Below are positions 37,889 through 47,291 of a stretch of DNA of 60,179 nt, one piece after another; positions within the stretch are counted from its first letter, which is position 1; every line of letters begins with the position of its first letter. Where the stretch lies: contig JBGVLA010000134.1 of the NCBI GenBank assembly GCA_045124015.1, forward strand, positions 1-60,179, written 5' to 3'. This stretch comes from Eubacteriales bacterium. GTDB lineage: Bacteria > Bacillota > Clostridia > Oscillospirales > CAG-272. The translations under genes and the position numbers were made by a program. A model generated the notes under the pieces. The model was not told where the DNA came from. It saw only the letters and a list, made by a program, of their open reading frames with translations, and did not search any database.

Positions 37889-38027
37889 TGGGGATCGAAT
37901 AAAAAGCAATGTCTGTGCTTTTTTGGCATATGACATTGCTTTTTGCATAAATTGGAGTTGATTTTGTGATGGAAATATGTTATAATAGATAAGTAATGTA
38001 AAAAACGAGCATTAGAGAGGTCTCAAT

Positions 38028-39863
38028 ATGTTAGAAACGATAAAATCTCCGCAGGATATCAAAAATCTCTCCATGCAGGAAATGGAAGCTCTCGCAGACG
38101 AAATGCGCAGTACCATCATGCGTGTAGTTTCGAAAAACGGCGGTCATCTCGGCTCCAATCTTGGTATCGTGGAAGCCACGCTCGTGCTTCATAAAGAATT
38201 CAATTCTCCTGAAGATAAGATCATCTTTGACGTTGGTCATCAATGTTATCCGCATAAGCTTTTGACCGGCAGATATGAAAAATTTGAAACGCTCCGTATG
38301 CTTGACGGTGTTTCGGGTTTTCCGAACCGCAGCGAAAGCGAGCATGATGTGCTCAACGAAGGACATTGCGGTACGTCCATCTCTGCGGCGCTTGGCATTG
38401 CAACGGCAAATAAGCTTCGCGGCAGTGATGCTTATACCATTGCGATCGTCGGAGACGGCGCCCTTACAAACGGCATGATCTATGAGGCTCTCAATAATTG
38501 TGCGGATAAAAATATCAATCTGATCATTTTGATCAACGATAACGAGATGTCGATTTCTCCGAATATCGGCGGTCTTCACGCTTATCTTTCCAAGATCCGT
38601 ACCAGCAAAAAATATTTCCGTCTCAAGCACGGAACCGAAAAGGCGCTTTTGCGCATACCCGGTATCGGAAAGGGAATCGCTTCCGGCTTCAAAAAGCTCA
38701 AGGATCTTTTCAAGCGTATCTCGGTGAAGAATAATTTCTTTGAGGATCTTGGTTTGATCTATCTCGGTCCCGTTGACGGACATGATATGAAAAAACTCAG
38801 CATCGTCTTCGATGAAGCGAGATCCAAGCATCAATGTTGCATTGTTCACGTCAATACCATCAAGGGCAAGGGCTATGAAAAAGCAGAAAAAGAACCCGGA
38901 AAATATCATGGCGTTTCGCCTTTTGAGATTGATACTGGTGTTTCTTCGGGTCAAGGTGCGACGTTCACCTCTTTTGTCGGAGAAATGCTTTGCGAAAAGG
39001 CGAAAGAGGATGATAAGCTTTGTGCCATTACAGCCGCAATGAGCGACGGTACGGGGCTCACTCCTTTTGCAAAAGCATATCCCGAACGCTTTTTTGATGT
39101 CGGTATTGCAGAAGAGCACGCAGTTACCTATGCGGCAGGCCTTGCAGCAGGCGGTATGAAGCCTGTGCTTGCGCTTTATTCTACCTTTGCTCAGCGTTCC
39201 TATGACCAGTTTGTTCATGATGTTGCGATTCAAAAATTGCCATTTGTCTTACTCCTTGACCGTGCAGGTCTTGTTCCCGGAGACGGTGTAACCCATCAGG
39301 GTATTTTTGATTATCCGCTCATCTCCTCCGTTCCAAACGTGAAGATATACTCACCTGAAACGTATCAAGAGGTGCGAAAAATTTTCGAAAAAGCATACGA
39401 AAGTAAAGATTTTTCTGTCATTCGCTACCCCAAGGGCTCGGAAAAAGCATACCTTGGTGCGCAAAAAATGGTGAAAAACGGCGACTCTTTTGAATATTCC
39501 GAGGGTATCGAGGATGCAGACACGGTGATCGTTACCTATGGGCGTATCACAAGCGTGGCACATGAAGCGATTCAAAAAATCGGAAATCGGAAGAAAATGG
39601 GTGTTCTCAAGCTCGTTCAGATATTCCCCTTGAATATGACGGAGATTCTGAAGCTGATCGGCAAGGCGAAGAACGTATATTTCCTCGAAGAGGGTTATCG
39701 CTTTGGCGGGGTTTCGGAAAAGATCGCCGCAGAGCTTCGTGGAGAGAGAAAGGTTGCGATCCATGCCATTGAAACATTTGTTGAGCATGGAAGTTTGGAT
39801 GAACTTTTTGATTTCTGCGGATTTACGCCAGAAAACGTGGCAAACAAGATTTTGAATACATGA
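38028..39863 (+). CDS. dxs: 1-deoxy-D-xylulose-5-phosphate synthase
   Basis: GGHLGSNLG, DVGHQCYPHK, GDGALTNGM and IAEEHAVT motifs. Confidence 0.95.
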   Translation: MLETIKSPQDIKNLSMQEMEALADEMRSTIMRVVSKNGGHLGSNLGIVEATLVLHKEFNSPEDKIIFDVGHQCYPHKLLTGRYEKFETLRMLDGVSGFPNRSESEHDVLNEGHCGTSISAALGIATANKLRGSDAYTIAIVGDGALTNGMIYEALNNCADKNINLIILINDNEMSISPNIGGLHAYLSKIRTSKKYFRLKHGTEKALLRIPGIGKGIASGFKKLKDLFKRISVKNNFFEDLGLIYLGPVDGHDMKKLSIVFDEARSKHQCCIVHVNTIKGKGYEKAEKEPGKYHGVSPFEIDTGVSSGQGATFTSFVGEMLCEKAKEDDKLCAITAAMSDGTGLTPFAKAYPERFFDVGIAEEHAVTYAAGLAAGGMKPVLALYSTFAQRSYDQFVHDVAIQKLPFVLLLDRAGLVPGDGVTHQGIFDYPLISSVPNVKIYSPETYQEVRKIFEKAYESKDFSVIRYPKGSEKAYLGAQKMVKNGDSFEYSEGIEDADTVIVTYGRITSVAHEAIQKIGNRKKMGVLKLVQIFPLNMTEILKLIGKAKNVYFLEEGYRFGGVSEKIAAELRGERKVAIHAIETFVEHGSLDELFDFCGFTPENVANKILNT

Positions 39864-39879
39864 AAAAGCATATAAAAGC

Positions 39880-39910
39880 AGAGCGATTCGGTTGAATCGC
39901 TCTACTTTTT
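39880..39910 (+). terminator. Intrinsic terminator after dxs
   Basis: agagcgattc-ggt-tgaatcgctct followed by acttttt. Confidence 0.75.
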
Positions 39911-40143
39911 GTGGAAATGGGCGAGAACGAATATATTCGCAAACTTTACGAGCAGATTGTCTGATTTTGATGTTGGAATCCTTCGTGAAAAACGAATATT
40001 CATTCGAAAATACCTTGTTCATAATACCTTTTTAGATAAAAATCGAAAAATTTTTCCCAAATGATTGACATAAAATGGGTATTGTGATAAAATAACCACA
40101 TATATTTTTTGAAAAAGGATATACTTTGGAAAGGGTGATAAAA

Positions 40144-41127
40144 ATGAGTATTCGTATTGGTATTTTCGGTTACGGCAATCTCGGCCGCGGTGTGGAATGT
40201 GCGATTCGTCAGAATCCCGACATGGAGCTTGTCGCTGTTTTTACACGTCGTAACCCCGAGACAGTAAAGACCGTAACAGGTGCAGCGGTATATCATGCAG
40301 ACCTTGTTACAGAAATGAAAGACAAAATCGACGTTATGATTCTCTGCGGAGGCAGTGCAACAGATCTTCCTGTTCAGACCCCTGCGCTTGCCAAGCTTTT
40401 TAATGTTATCGATAGCTTTGATACCCACGCAAAAATTCCCGAGCATTTCGCCAACGTAGATGCTGTTGCAAAGGAATCGGGTAAGATCGGAATTATTTCC
40501 GTTGGTTGGGATCCTGGTATGTTTTCTTTGAATCGTCTTTATGGCGGTGCTATCCTTGTGGATGGCAAGGATTATACTTTCTGGGGCAAAGGTGTCAGCC
40601 AGGGTCATTCCGATGCTATTCGCCGTGTAGAAGGCGTTGCAGATGGTAAACAGTATACTATCCCCGTTGAGCGTGCTTTGGAAGCGGTTCGCAGCGGTGC
40701 AAATCCTGAGCTTTCGACAAGAGAAAAGCATATCCGTGAATGCTTTGTCGTTGCCAAGGAGGGTGCAGATCAGGAACGTATTGCCCAAGAGATCAAAAAT
40801 ATGCCCAACTATTTTGCTGATTATGACACAACGGTTCATTTCATTTCTCAAGAAGAACTGAACAGAGATCATAACGGTATTCCTCATGGCGGTTTTGTCA
40901 TTCGAAGCGGTAAGACAGGTGCAAACCTTGAACATAATCACATCATTGAATATAGCCTGAAGCTGGATTCCAATCCTGAATTCACAGCTTCTGTTTTGGT
41001 TGCATATGCACGCGCGGCATATCGCTTGCATCAGGAAGGGCAGTGTGGTTGTAAAACGGTTTTGGATATTGCGCCTGCATATCTTTCTTCCAAATCGGCA
41101 GAAGAACTTCGAAAAATCTTGCTTTAA
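40144..41127 (+). CDS. ddh: meso-Diaminopimelate D-dehydrogenase
   Basis: IRIGIFGYGNLGRGVE, GWDPGMFS, FWG.GVSQGHSDA.RR, PHGG and LKLD.NPEFTAS. Colinear with the Corynebacterium Ddh sequence as I recall it. Confidence 0.88.
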   Translation: MSIRIGIFGYGNLGRGVECAIRQNPDMELVAVFTRRNPETVKTVTGAAVYHADLVTEMKDKIDVMILCGGSATDLPVQTPALAKLFNVIDSFDTHAKIPEHFANVDAVAKESGKIGIISVGWDPGMFSLNRLYGGAILVDGKDYTFWGKGVSQGHSDAIRRVEGVADGKQYTIPVERALEAVRSGANPELSTREKHIRECFVVAKEGADQERIAQEIKNMPNYFADYDTTVHFISQEELNRDHNGIPHGGFVIRSGKTGANLEHNHIIEYSLKLDSNPEFTASVLVAYARAAYRLHQEGQCGCKTVLDIAPAYLSSKSAEELRKILL

Positions 41128-41159
41128 TGAAAAAAATCTAAATATTGCAAAAATAATGC

Positions 41160-41187
41160 TTGACATTTCATTTTTTTGTGATATAAT
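41160..41187 (+). promoter_or_regulatory. SigA-type promoter of tRNA-Val
   Basis: TTGACA (41160-41165), 16-nt spacer, TATAAT (41182-41187), preceded by TGa (extended -10). Confidence 0.65.
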
Positions 41188-41217
41188 AACACCGTGGTTT
41201 GTAAGAACTGCGGTTAT

Positions 41218-41294
41218 GAAGGTGTAGCTCAGCTGGTTAGAGTATCTGCTTGACATGCAGGGGGTCGGTGGTTCGAGTCCACTCATCTTCACCA
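41218..41294 (+). tRNA. tRNA-Val (anticodon GAC)
   Basis: Cloverleaf folded by hand. Acceptor gaaggtg/catcttc, anticodon loop ttGACat, T-loop ggttcgagtcc, encoded CCA. Confidence 0.85.
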
Positions 41295-41446
41295 ATAACA
41301 ACAAAAAGCACATTTGTCGACCAAGACAAATGTGCTTTTTTGTTGTTGGAAACGTATATCGACGCCTCCTTGACAGAATAGGGAACGTTATGCTATACTA
41401 TATTCGTACGAGGTTATATATTATGTTTTTTCAAAGGAGATATTGT

Positions 41447-41872
41447 ATGCAAAGAAAAAGATTCAAGCCCCTTATCGATAAACTGTTTTGGATCATTTCC
41501 ATACCACTTTGTGTGCTTATGACCGCATTCACCGTGTTTGCCACTATTCTCCAGCCCTCGATGCTCTTTTTCATGCTAACAGTCGATGCTTTCGTTGCTT
41601 ATTTTCTCATATCACCGCTTTGGGGTTATGTAGAGCTTCGTGAACATACTGTTTTTATCAAATACGGTTTCTTTTTGAAAAAGGAAATCGCTTACGATAA
41701 AATCCGAACGGCAGAAAAAACTCGAAAATTTTACTCCGAATCGATGATGACACTGAAAAATGCGATAGAGCATGTCAATATCAAATATAATACCTTTGAC
41801 GTAACGACCGTCAGCGTCGTTACCAATGACGATTTTATTCGAGAATTAGAGGCTCGCTGTAACAATATATAA
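41447..41872 (+). CDS. Membrane protein with a bacterial PH (bPH_2/YdbS-like) domain
   Basis: Two TM helices followed by YVELREHTVFIKYGFFLKKEIAYDKI. Start at MQRKRF. The upstream part of the track ORF overlaps tRNA-Val. Confidence 0.62.
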   Translation: MQRKRFKPLIDKLFWIISIPLCVLMTAFTVFATILQPSMLFFMLTVDAFVAYFLISPLWGYVELREHTVFIKYGFFLKKEIAYDKIRTAEKTRKFYSESMMTLKNAIEHVNIKYNTFDVTTVSVVTNDDFIRELEARCNNI

Positions 41873-41876
41873 AATG

Positions 41877-41913
41877 AAGCTCCGATGGTAAAAGCCATCG
41901 GAGCTTTTGTTTG
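41877..41913 (+). terminator. Intrinsic terminator
   Basis: aagctccgatgg-taaaa-gccatcggagctt followed by ttgtttgg. Confidence 0.7.
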
Positions 41914-41921
41914 GTGATAGA

Positions 41922-41963
41922 CAAAAAAATCGAGTGTTCTCGCTTTCGCTCTGAACACTCGAT
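41922..41963 (-). terminator. Terminator hairpin downstream of tRNA-Leu(CAG)
   Basis: The minus strand reads aatcgagtgttc-agagcgaaagc-gagaacactcgat followed by ttttttt. Confidence 0.7.
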
Positions 41964-41965
41964 TA

Positions 41966-42048
41966 TGGTGCGGATAACAGGACTTGAACCTGCATGGTCG
42001 CCCACTGGAACCTGAAACCAGCGCGTCTGCCAATTCCGCCATATCCGC
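41966..42048 (-). tRNA. tRNA-Leu (anticodon CAG), type II
   Basis: gcggatatggcggaattggcagacgc..., anticodon loop ttCAGgt, long variable arm, A73, encoded CCA. Confidence 0.85.
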
Positions 42049-42094
42049 ATTTACTCATTTAGAGTAAAACAGCCACTGTATAAACAGTGGCTGA

Positions 42095-42178
42095 TGGTGC
42101 GAGAAACGGGACTTGAACCCGTACGGTGTAACCACACGCCCCTCGAACGTGCGCGTCTGCCAGTTCCGCCACTCTCGC
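42095..42178 (-). tRNA. tRNA-Leu, type II; the anticodon reads as GAG but the loop is atypical
   Basis: gcgagagtggcggaactggcagacgc..., Leu-type D arm, long variable arm, A73-CCA. The best stem (cacgt/gcgtg) leaves the loop tcGAGgg, which puts C at position 33. Confidence 0.7.
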
Positions 42179-42221
42179 ATTTGTCGCATCTGTTGTGCGC
42201 TTTGCCCTTGCGACGGATACT

Positions 42222-42250
42222 ATTATATACTATCTTTTTCAAAATGTCAA
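42222..42250 (-). promoter_or_regulatory. SigA-type promoter of the tRNA-Leu pair
   Basis: Minus strand: TTGACA, 17-nt spacer, TATAAT. Confidence 0.6.
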
Positions 42251-42397
42251 TACCTTTTTTGAAATTTCTTTAGAATTTTCAAAAAAATTTGATGTGATCA
42301 TATGGGACGCAATGAGCGGATAGGAAATGATGTTTTGGATTGACAAATATTTAGGGTTATGTTATAATTGGAAAAAATATGATGATATTTAGGAGAA

Positions 42398-43651
42398 ATG
42401 ATGATTAAAAATTCTTATACGCATTTGAAACTTGCTTGCTATACGACGAATATTACCATGTCGATCATTGGCAATCTATCGCCTGTTCTGTTTTTGACCT
42501 TTCGTGCCTTGTATGGAATATCCTATACGCTTTTGGGACTTTTGATCTTGATCAATTTTATCACCCAATTGACCATAGATTTGATCTTTTCATTCTTTTC
42601 CCATAAATTCAATATTCCGCTTGCCGTAAGATCCACACCGCTCATTGCCGTATTCGGTCTTTTGTTTTATGCGATGTCGCCGATCTTATTTCCTCAAAAC
42701 GTTTATATCGGACTTGTGATCGGCACCATCATCTTTTCCGCGTCGAGCGGTTTGGCAGAGGTGCTTATCAGTCCCGTTATCGCGTCGATCCCTTCGAAAG
42801 ATCCTGATCGTGAAATGAGTAAGCTCCATTCGATCTATGCGTGGGGCGTTGTATTCGTTATCGTTGTCAGCACACTTTTCCTTCTTGTTTGCGGTGCGGA
42901 AAATTGGCAGTGGTTGGCGGTATTTTTTGCCCTTGTTCCGCTTTTATCCTTCATTCTTTTTCTTGGTTCGGAAATCCCGCAAATGGAAACGCAGGAAAAG
43001 GTTTCGGGCGTGCTTTCTTTTTTGAAAGACAAAAAGCTTTGGGTCTGTTTCTTCGCCATCTTTCTTGGCGGCGCTGCGGAATGTACGATGGCGCAATGGA
43101 GCTCGGGATATATTGAACAGGCGCTCGGAATCCCCAAGGTATGGGGAGATATTTTCGGCGTTGCTCTTTTTGCGGTGATGCTGGGACTGGGTCGTTCACT
43201 GTATGCCAAATTCGGAAAAAATATTCGCATGATCCTCTTTATGGGTGCGATTGGTGCATCTGCGTGCTATTTGATTGCCGCGCTCGTGAATATTCCCATC
43301 GTTGGGCTTCTTGCCTGTGCATTCACGGGATTTTTCGTTTCGATGCTTTGGCCCGGAAATCTTGTGGTCGCGTCGGAGCGTTTTCCTGCGGGAGGCGTGT
43401 TTATTTATGCGATGATGGCGGCAGGCGGTGATCTGGGCGCATCTGTAGCACCTCAGCTTGTCGGTGTTATCACGGATATCATCAGCAAAAATCCGACGGC
43501 GATCTCTTTTGCCCAAACGCTTGGTTTTATGCCCGAACAGTTTGGTATGAAGCTCGGTATGCTTGTCGGTGCGCTCTTTCCCTTGATTGCCATTCCGCTT
43601 TATTGGCACATGATCAAGGCAGATAAAAAACAAACGGAATCGATATCGTGA
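42398..43651 (+). CDS. MFS transporter
   Basis: About 12 predicted TM helices in a 6+6 layout. Either tandem ATG (42398 or 42401) could be the start. Confidence 0.78.
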   Translation: MMIKNSYTHLKLACYTTNITMSIIGNLSPVLFLTFRALYGISYTLLGLLILINFITQLTIDLIFSFFSHKFNIPLAVRSTPLIAVFGLLFYAMSPILFPQNVYIGLVIGTIIFSASSGLAEVLISPVIASIPSKDPDREMSKLHSIYAWGVVFVIVVSTLFLLVCGAENWQWLAVFFALVPLLSFILFLGSEIPQMETQEKVSGVLSFLKDKKLWVCFFAIFLGGAAECTMAQWSSGYIEQALGIPKVWGDIFGVALFAVMLGLGRSLYAKFGKNIRMILFMGAIGASACYLIAALVNIPIVGLLACAFTGFFVSMLWPGNLVVASERFPAGGVFIYAMMAAGGDLGASVAPQLVGVITDIISKNPTAISFAQTLGFMPEQFGMKLGMLVGALFPLIAIPLYWHMIKADKKQTESIS

Positions 43652-43704
43652 TGAATATAAAATCTCCCGTGAAGCTTCACGGGAGATTTTATATTTATAG
43701 GAGA

Positions 43705-46700
43705 TTAAACCTTTTCAACGCCGATGGTCATCTTTTCGTCGCCGATGCTCCACTCCTTAGAGGTGTCGCAGGTGCTTTCAAAGACAAATTCGGTGCAAAG
43801 TGTTTTGGTCATGATATCGGATGCGTTCTTTTCCATCACAGCGCGCATTGCATCGTTTGCGAGAACGTGAACGCGGATCTTATCAAGTACTTCAAAGTCT
43901 GCGTCCTTACGCATGGTCTGGATCTTGGAGATGATCTCACGAACGTTACCTTCTTCGATGAGCTCAGGTGTAAGATTGGTGTCGAGAACGACGGTTACAC
44001 CGTAATCGGAGAGGGATTCAAAGCCGGGCATCTGTGCCGCGCTGATGAGAAGATCTTCCTTGGTGAGTTCAGCAACGACTTCGCCGAGATCGATCTTGAG
44101 AAGTCCTGTTGCATTGAGCTCTGCCATAGCGGCATTGCCGTCGATGGTGGGAAGAAGCTCACGGAGCTTACCGAGGTTCTTGCCGAGCTTCTTACCGAGG
44201 GTACGGAGCTGAGGCTTGAAGGAATAAGAGGTAAACGCGCTGACGTAATCTGTATAGATAACTTCTTTGACGTTAAGCTCGTCTTCGATAATCTCGGAAT
44301 ATTCGTCTGCGAGTGCGAGGTCTGCCTTGACGTACATCTTTGCGATCGGCTGACGGTTCTTGATGTTTGCGCTGTTACGGCAAGCACGACCGAGAACGAC
44401 GACGTCAAGAACTTCACCCATAGATGCTTCAAGCGCTTTGTCGATCATCGCTTCGTTGACCTCGGGGAAGTCGCAGAGGTGGATGGATTCGGGTGCGTTC
44501 TTATCGATGCTGCAAACGAGGTTGCGGTAGATGTCTTCCGTCATGAAGGGGATCATGGGAGCCGCGATCTTGCAAAGGGTAACGAGGGTAGTATAAAGCG
44601 TCATATACGCATTGATCTTGTCCTGTTCCATGCCCTGAGCCCAGAAGCGTTCACGGCTGCGACGAACGTACCAGTTGGAAAGATCGTCGATGAAGTCCTG
44701 CAAAACCTTGGTGGTCTGGAGGATTTCGTAGTTTTCGAGGTTCTTGTCTACGATGCCGACAACGGTATTGAGGCGGGAAAGGATCCACTTATCCATAACG
44801 GAAAGCTTATCGTAATCAAGTGTATACTTGGTCGCGTCGAATTTATCGATGTTTGCGTAAAGCACGAAGAACGCATAGGTGTTCCAAAGCGTACCCATGA
44901 ACTTACGCTGACCTTCGACAACGGCACCGCCGTGGAAACGGTTCGGGAGCCACGGTGCGCTGTTGGAGTAGAAGTACCAACGGATCGCATCTGCGCCGTA
45001 TTTTTCGAGAGCTTCAAACGGGTCAACGGCGTTGCCCTTGGATTTGGACATCTTCTGACCGTTTTCGTCCTGAACGAGACCGAGAACGATAACGTTCTTA
45101 TAGGGTGCCTGATCAAAAATGAGAGTCGAGATCGCAAGGAGAGAATAGAACCAACCGCGAGTCTGGTCAACAGCTTCGGAAATGAAGTCTGCAGGGAAGT
45201 GATTTTCGAATACTTCCTTGTTTTCAAAAGGATAGTGCCACTGTGCGAAAGGCATCGAGCCGGAGTCAAACCAGCAGTCGATAACTTCTTTTACGCGGTG
45301 CATCTCCTTGCCGCAGTGAGGACATTTGATGGTTACGGCATCGATGAAGGGGCGGTGAAGCTCGATATCATCGGGGCAGTTATCGGACATTTCCTTGAGC
45401 TCTGCGATAGAACCGATGGAATGGGTATGACCACATTCACATTCCCAAATGTTGAGAGGTGTACCCCAGTAACGGTTACGGGAGATACCCCAGTCCTGAA
45501 CGTTTTCGAGCCAGTCGCCGAAACGACCCTTACCGATGGATTCGGGGATCCAGTTGATGGTGTTGTTGTTCTTAATGAGGTTATCACGAACCTTGGTCAT
45601 TTCGATGAACCAGGAGTCGCGCGCATAGTAGATCAGAGGGGTGTCGCAACGCCAGCAGAACGGATATTCATGCTCGAAGTTGGGAGCGGCAAAGAGAAGT
45701 CCTTCTGCTTCCAAGTCCTTGAGGATGATGGGGTCTGCGTCTTTGACGAATTTGCCTGCATAGGGGGTATTTTCGGTCATTTCGCCCTTTGCGTCGACGA
45801 ACTGAACGAAGGGAAGGTCATAACGGCGGCCTGTCTTCAAGTCGTCTGCACCGAATGCGGGAGCGGTATGAACGATACCGGTACCGTCGGTCATGGTAAC
45901 GTAATCCGCGCAGGTGAGGAAGTGCGCCTTCTTACCGAGCTTTTCAACGTATTCGCCTGTGCAAGCGAAGAGGGGCTGATATTCGCGGTATTCGAGAGCC
46001 TTACCTGTCATTTCTTCGAGGATCTCATAAGCGGGAGCATCTTCTTTTGCGAGCTTACCGAGAACGGTGTCAAGAAGTGCCTTTGCCATATAGTAGGTGA
46101 AGCCGTCAGCGGCTTTGACCTTGCAGTAGGTCTCGTCGGGGTTGACGGTGAGCGCAACGTTGGAGGGAAGTGTCCAAGGTGTGGTCGTCCAAGCGAGGAA
46201 GTAAGCATCTTCACCGATCGCTTTGAAGCGAACGATGGCAGAGCGTTCCTTTACGGTCTTATAGCCCTGAGCAACCTCGTGTGTTGCAAGAGGAGTACCG
46301 CAACGAGGGCAGTAAGGAACGATCTGGAAGCCTTTGTAAAGAAGGCCCTTATCGTAGATCTGCTTGAGTGCCCACCATTCGGATTCGATATAATCGTTTT
46401 CGTAGGTAACGTAAGGATTGTCCATATCTGCCCAGAAACCAACGGTGCCGGAGAAATCCTCCCACATACCCTTGTATTTCCAAACGCTTTCCTTGCATTC
46501 GCTGATGAAGGGCGCGATGCCGTACTGTTCGATCTGTTCCTTACCGTCAAGACCGAGCTTCTTTTCAACTTCAAGCTCAACGGGAAGACCGTGTGTATCC
46601 CAACCTGCCTTGCGGTCTACCTTGTAGCCCTTCATGGTGCGGTAACGCGGGATCATATCCTTGATAACACGAGTGAGAACGTGTCCGATATGGGGCTTAC

Positions 46701-46854
46701 CGTTTGCTGTGGGAGGACCGTCAAAGAAGGTGTAGCTTTCGCCATTCTTGCGGTCTTCGATGCTTTTTTCAAAGATTTTGTTTTCACGCCAGAATTTCTC
46801 GATCTTCTTTTCTCTTTCGACGAAATTCAGACTTGTTGATACTTTTTCGTACAT
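43705..46854 (-). CDS. ileS: Isoleucine--tRNA ligase (long, type 2 form)
   Basis: HIGH (PTANGKPHIGH), KMSKS, the CP1 editing domain and a zinc-binding CxxC pair. AAGGAGG SD. Confidence 0.95.
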   Translation of the reverse strand: MYEKVSTSLNFVEREKKIEKFWRENKIFEKSIEDRKNGESYTFFDGPPTANGKPHIGHVLTRVIKDMIPRYRTMKGYKVDRKAGWDTHGLPVELEVEKKLGLDGKEQIEQYGIAPFISECKESVWKYKGMWEDFSGTVGFWADMDNPYVTYENDYIESEWWALKQIYDKGLLYKGFQIVPYCPRCGTPLATHEVAQGYKTVKERSAIVRFKAIGEDAYFLAWTTTPWTLPSNVALTVNPDETYCKVKAADGFTYYMAKALLDTVLGKLAKEDAPAYEILEEMTGKALEYREYQPLFACTGEYVEKLGKKAHFLTCADYVTMTDGTGIVHTAPAFGADDLKTGRRYDLPFVQFVDAKGEMTENTPYAGKFVKDADPIILKDLEAEGLLFAAPNFEHEYPFCWRCDTPLIYYARDSWFIEMTKVRDNLIKNNNTINWIPESIGKGRFGDWLENVQDWGISRNRYWGTPLNIWECECGHTHSIGSIAELKEMSDNCPDDIELHRPFIDAVTIKCPHCGKEMHRVKEVIDCWFDSGSMPFAQWHYPFENKEVFENHFPADFISEAVDQTRGWFYSLLAISTLIFDQAPYKNVIVLGLVQDENGQKMSKSKGNAVDPFEALEKYGADAIRWYFYSNSAPWLPNRFHGGAVVEGQRKFMGTLWNTYAFFVLYANIDKFDATKYTLDYDKLSVMDKWILSRLNTVVGIVDKNLENYEILQTTKVLQDFIDDLSNWYVRRSRERFWAQGMEQDKINAYMTLYTTLVTLCKIAAPMIPFMTEDIYRNLVCSIDKNAPESIHLCDFPEVNEAMIDKALEASMGEVLDVVVLGRACRNSANIKNRQPIAKMYVKADLALADEYSEIIEDELNVKEVIYTDYVSAFTSYSFKPQLRTLGKKLGKNLGKLRELLPTIDGNAAMAELNATGLLKIDLGEVVAELTKEDLLISAAQMPGFESLSDYGVTVVLDTNLTPELIEEGNVREIISKIQTMRKDADFEVLDKIRVHVLANDAMRAVMEKNASDIMTKTLCTEFVFESTCDTSKEWSIGDEKMTIGVEKV

Positions 46855-46924
46855 GAAAAAGCCTCCTTAAAAAATATTTTTTGAATATGCTCCAATTGTG
46901 TTGACAAATGGAGGCGGGGGCGAC

Positions 46925-47170
46925 CCGCAAAATAAAAAATCCCCGTCCGTATTATAGGACGAAGATCTCAGTACTTCGTTTTTAACCACCTATCAAACAT
47001 ACAGACATATGCCGCTCCATGACGGGGAGCTTCCGTCGTCCGCTAATAGAGAACCGTTCACGGGCGCGGCTCGGAAGTGATCTTCATGCCATGCTACTGG
47101 GTATCGGACTTGCACCGTCTCCGACTCGCTGAAACGCTTCACAATGGATTACTCTCTTCGTTATCGCCTT
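46925..47170 (-). promoter_or_regulatory. T-box leader (Ile specifier) of ileS
   Basis: Minus strand: AGAGA stem I elements and gaagAUCActtc (AUC at 47079-47081). GGTGGTT lies within a T-box-like segment. A 10-bp terminator (atcttcgtcc / ggacggggat, then tttttatttt) competes with the acgaag/cttcgt pairing. A TTGACA-17-TAAAAT promoter lies upstream. Confidence 0.7.
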
Positions 47171-47244
47171 TGGGATTTATATTTCATTCCTTATTATTTT
47201 ATTATAGAATGAAATCAATGTCAAGGGCTTTTGGGGAAATTTTT

Positions 47245-47286
47245 CAGCAAAAACAAGAAACAACGGCAAATTTTGCCGTTGTTTCG
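47245..47286 (-). terminator. Intrinsic terminator after the metallophosphoesterase gene
   Basis: gaaacaacggcaaa / tttgccgttgtttc stem, T-rich downstream on the minus strand. Confidence 0.7.
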
Positions 47287-47291
47287 GAATA

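Noticed and set aside
41255-41446. N-terminal 64 codons of track ORF 41255..41872
   Set aside because: This part overlaps the 3' half of tRNA-Val and its downstream spacer. The membrane/bPH protein starts at the ATG at 41447.
43648-46839. 1,063-aa plus-strand ORF opposite ileS
   Set aside because: Same shadow-ORF mechanism (both frames are 1 mod 3). The ileS identity of the minus strand is unambiguous.
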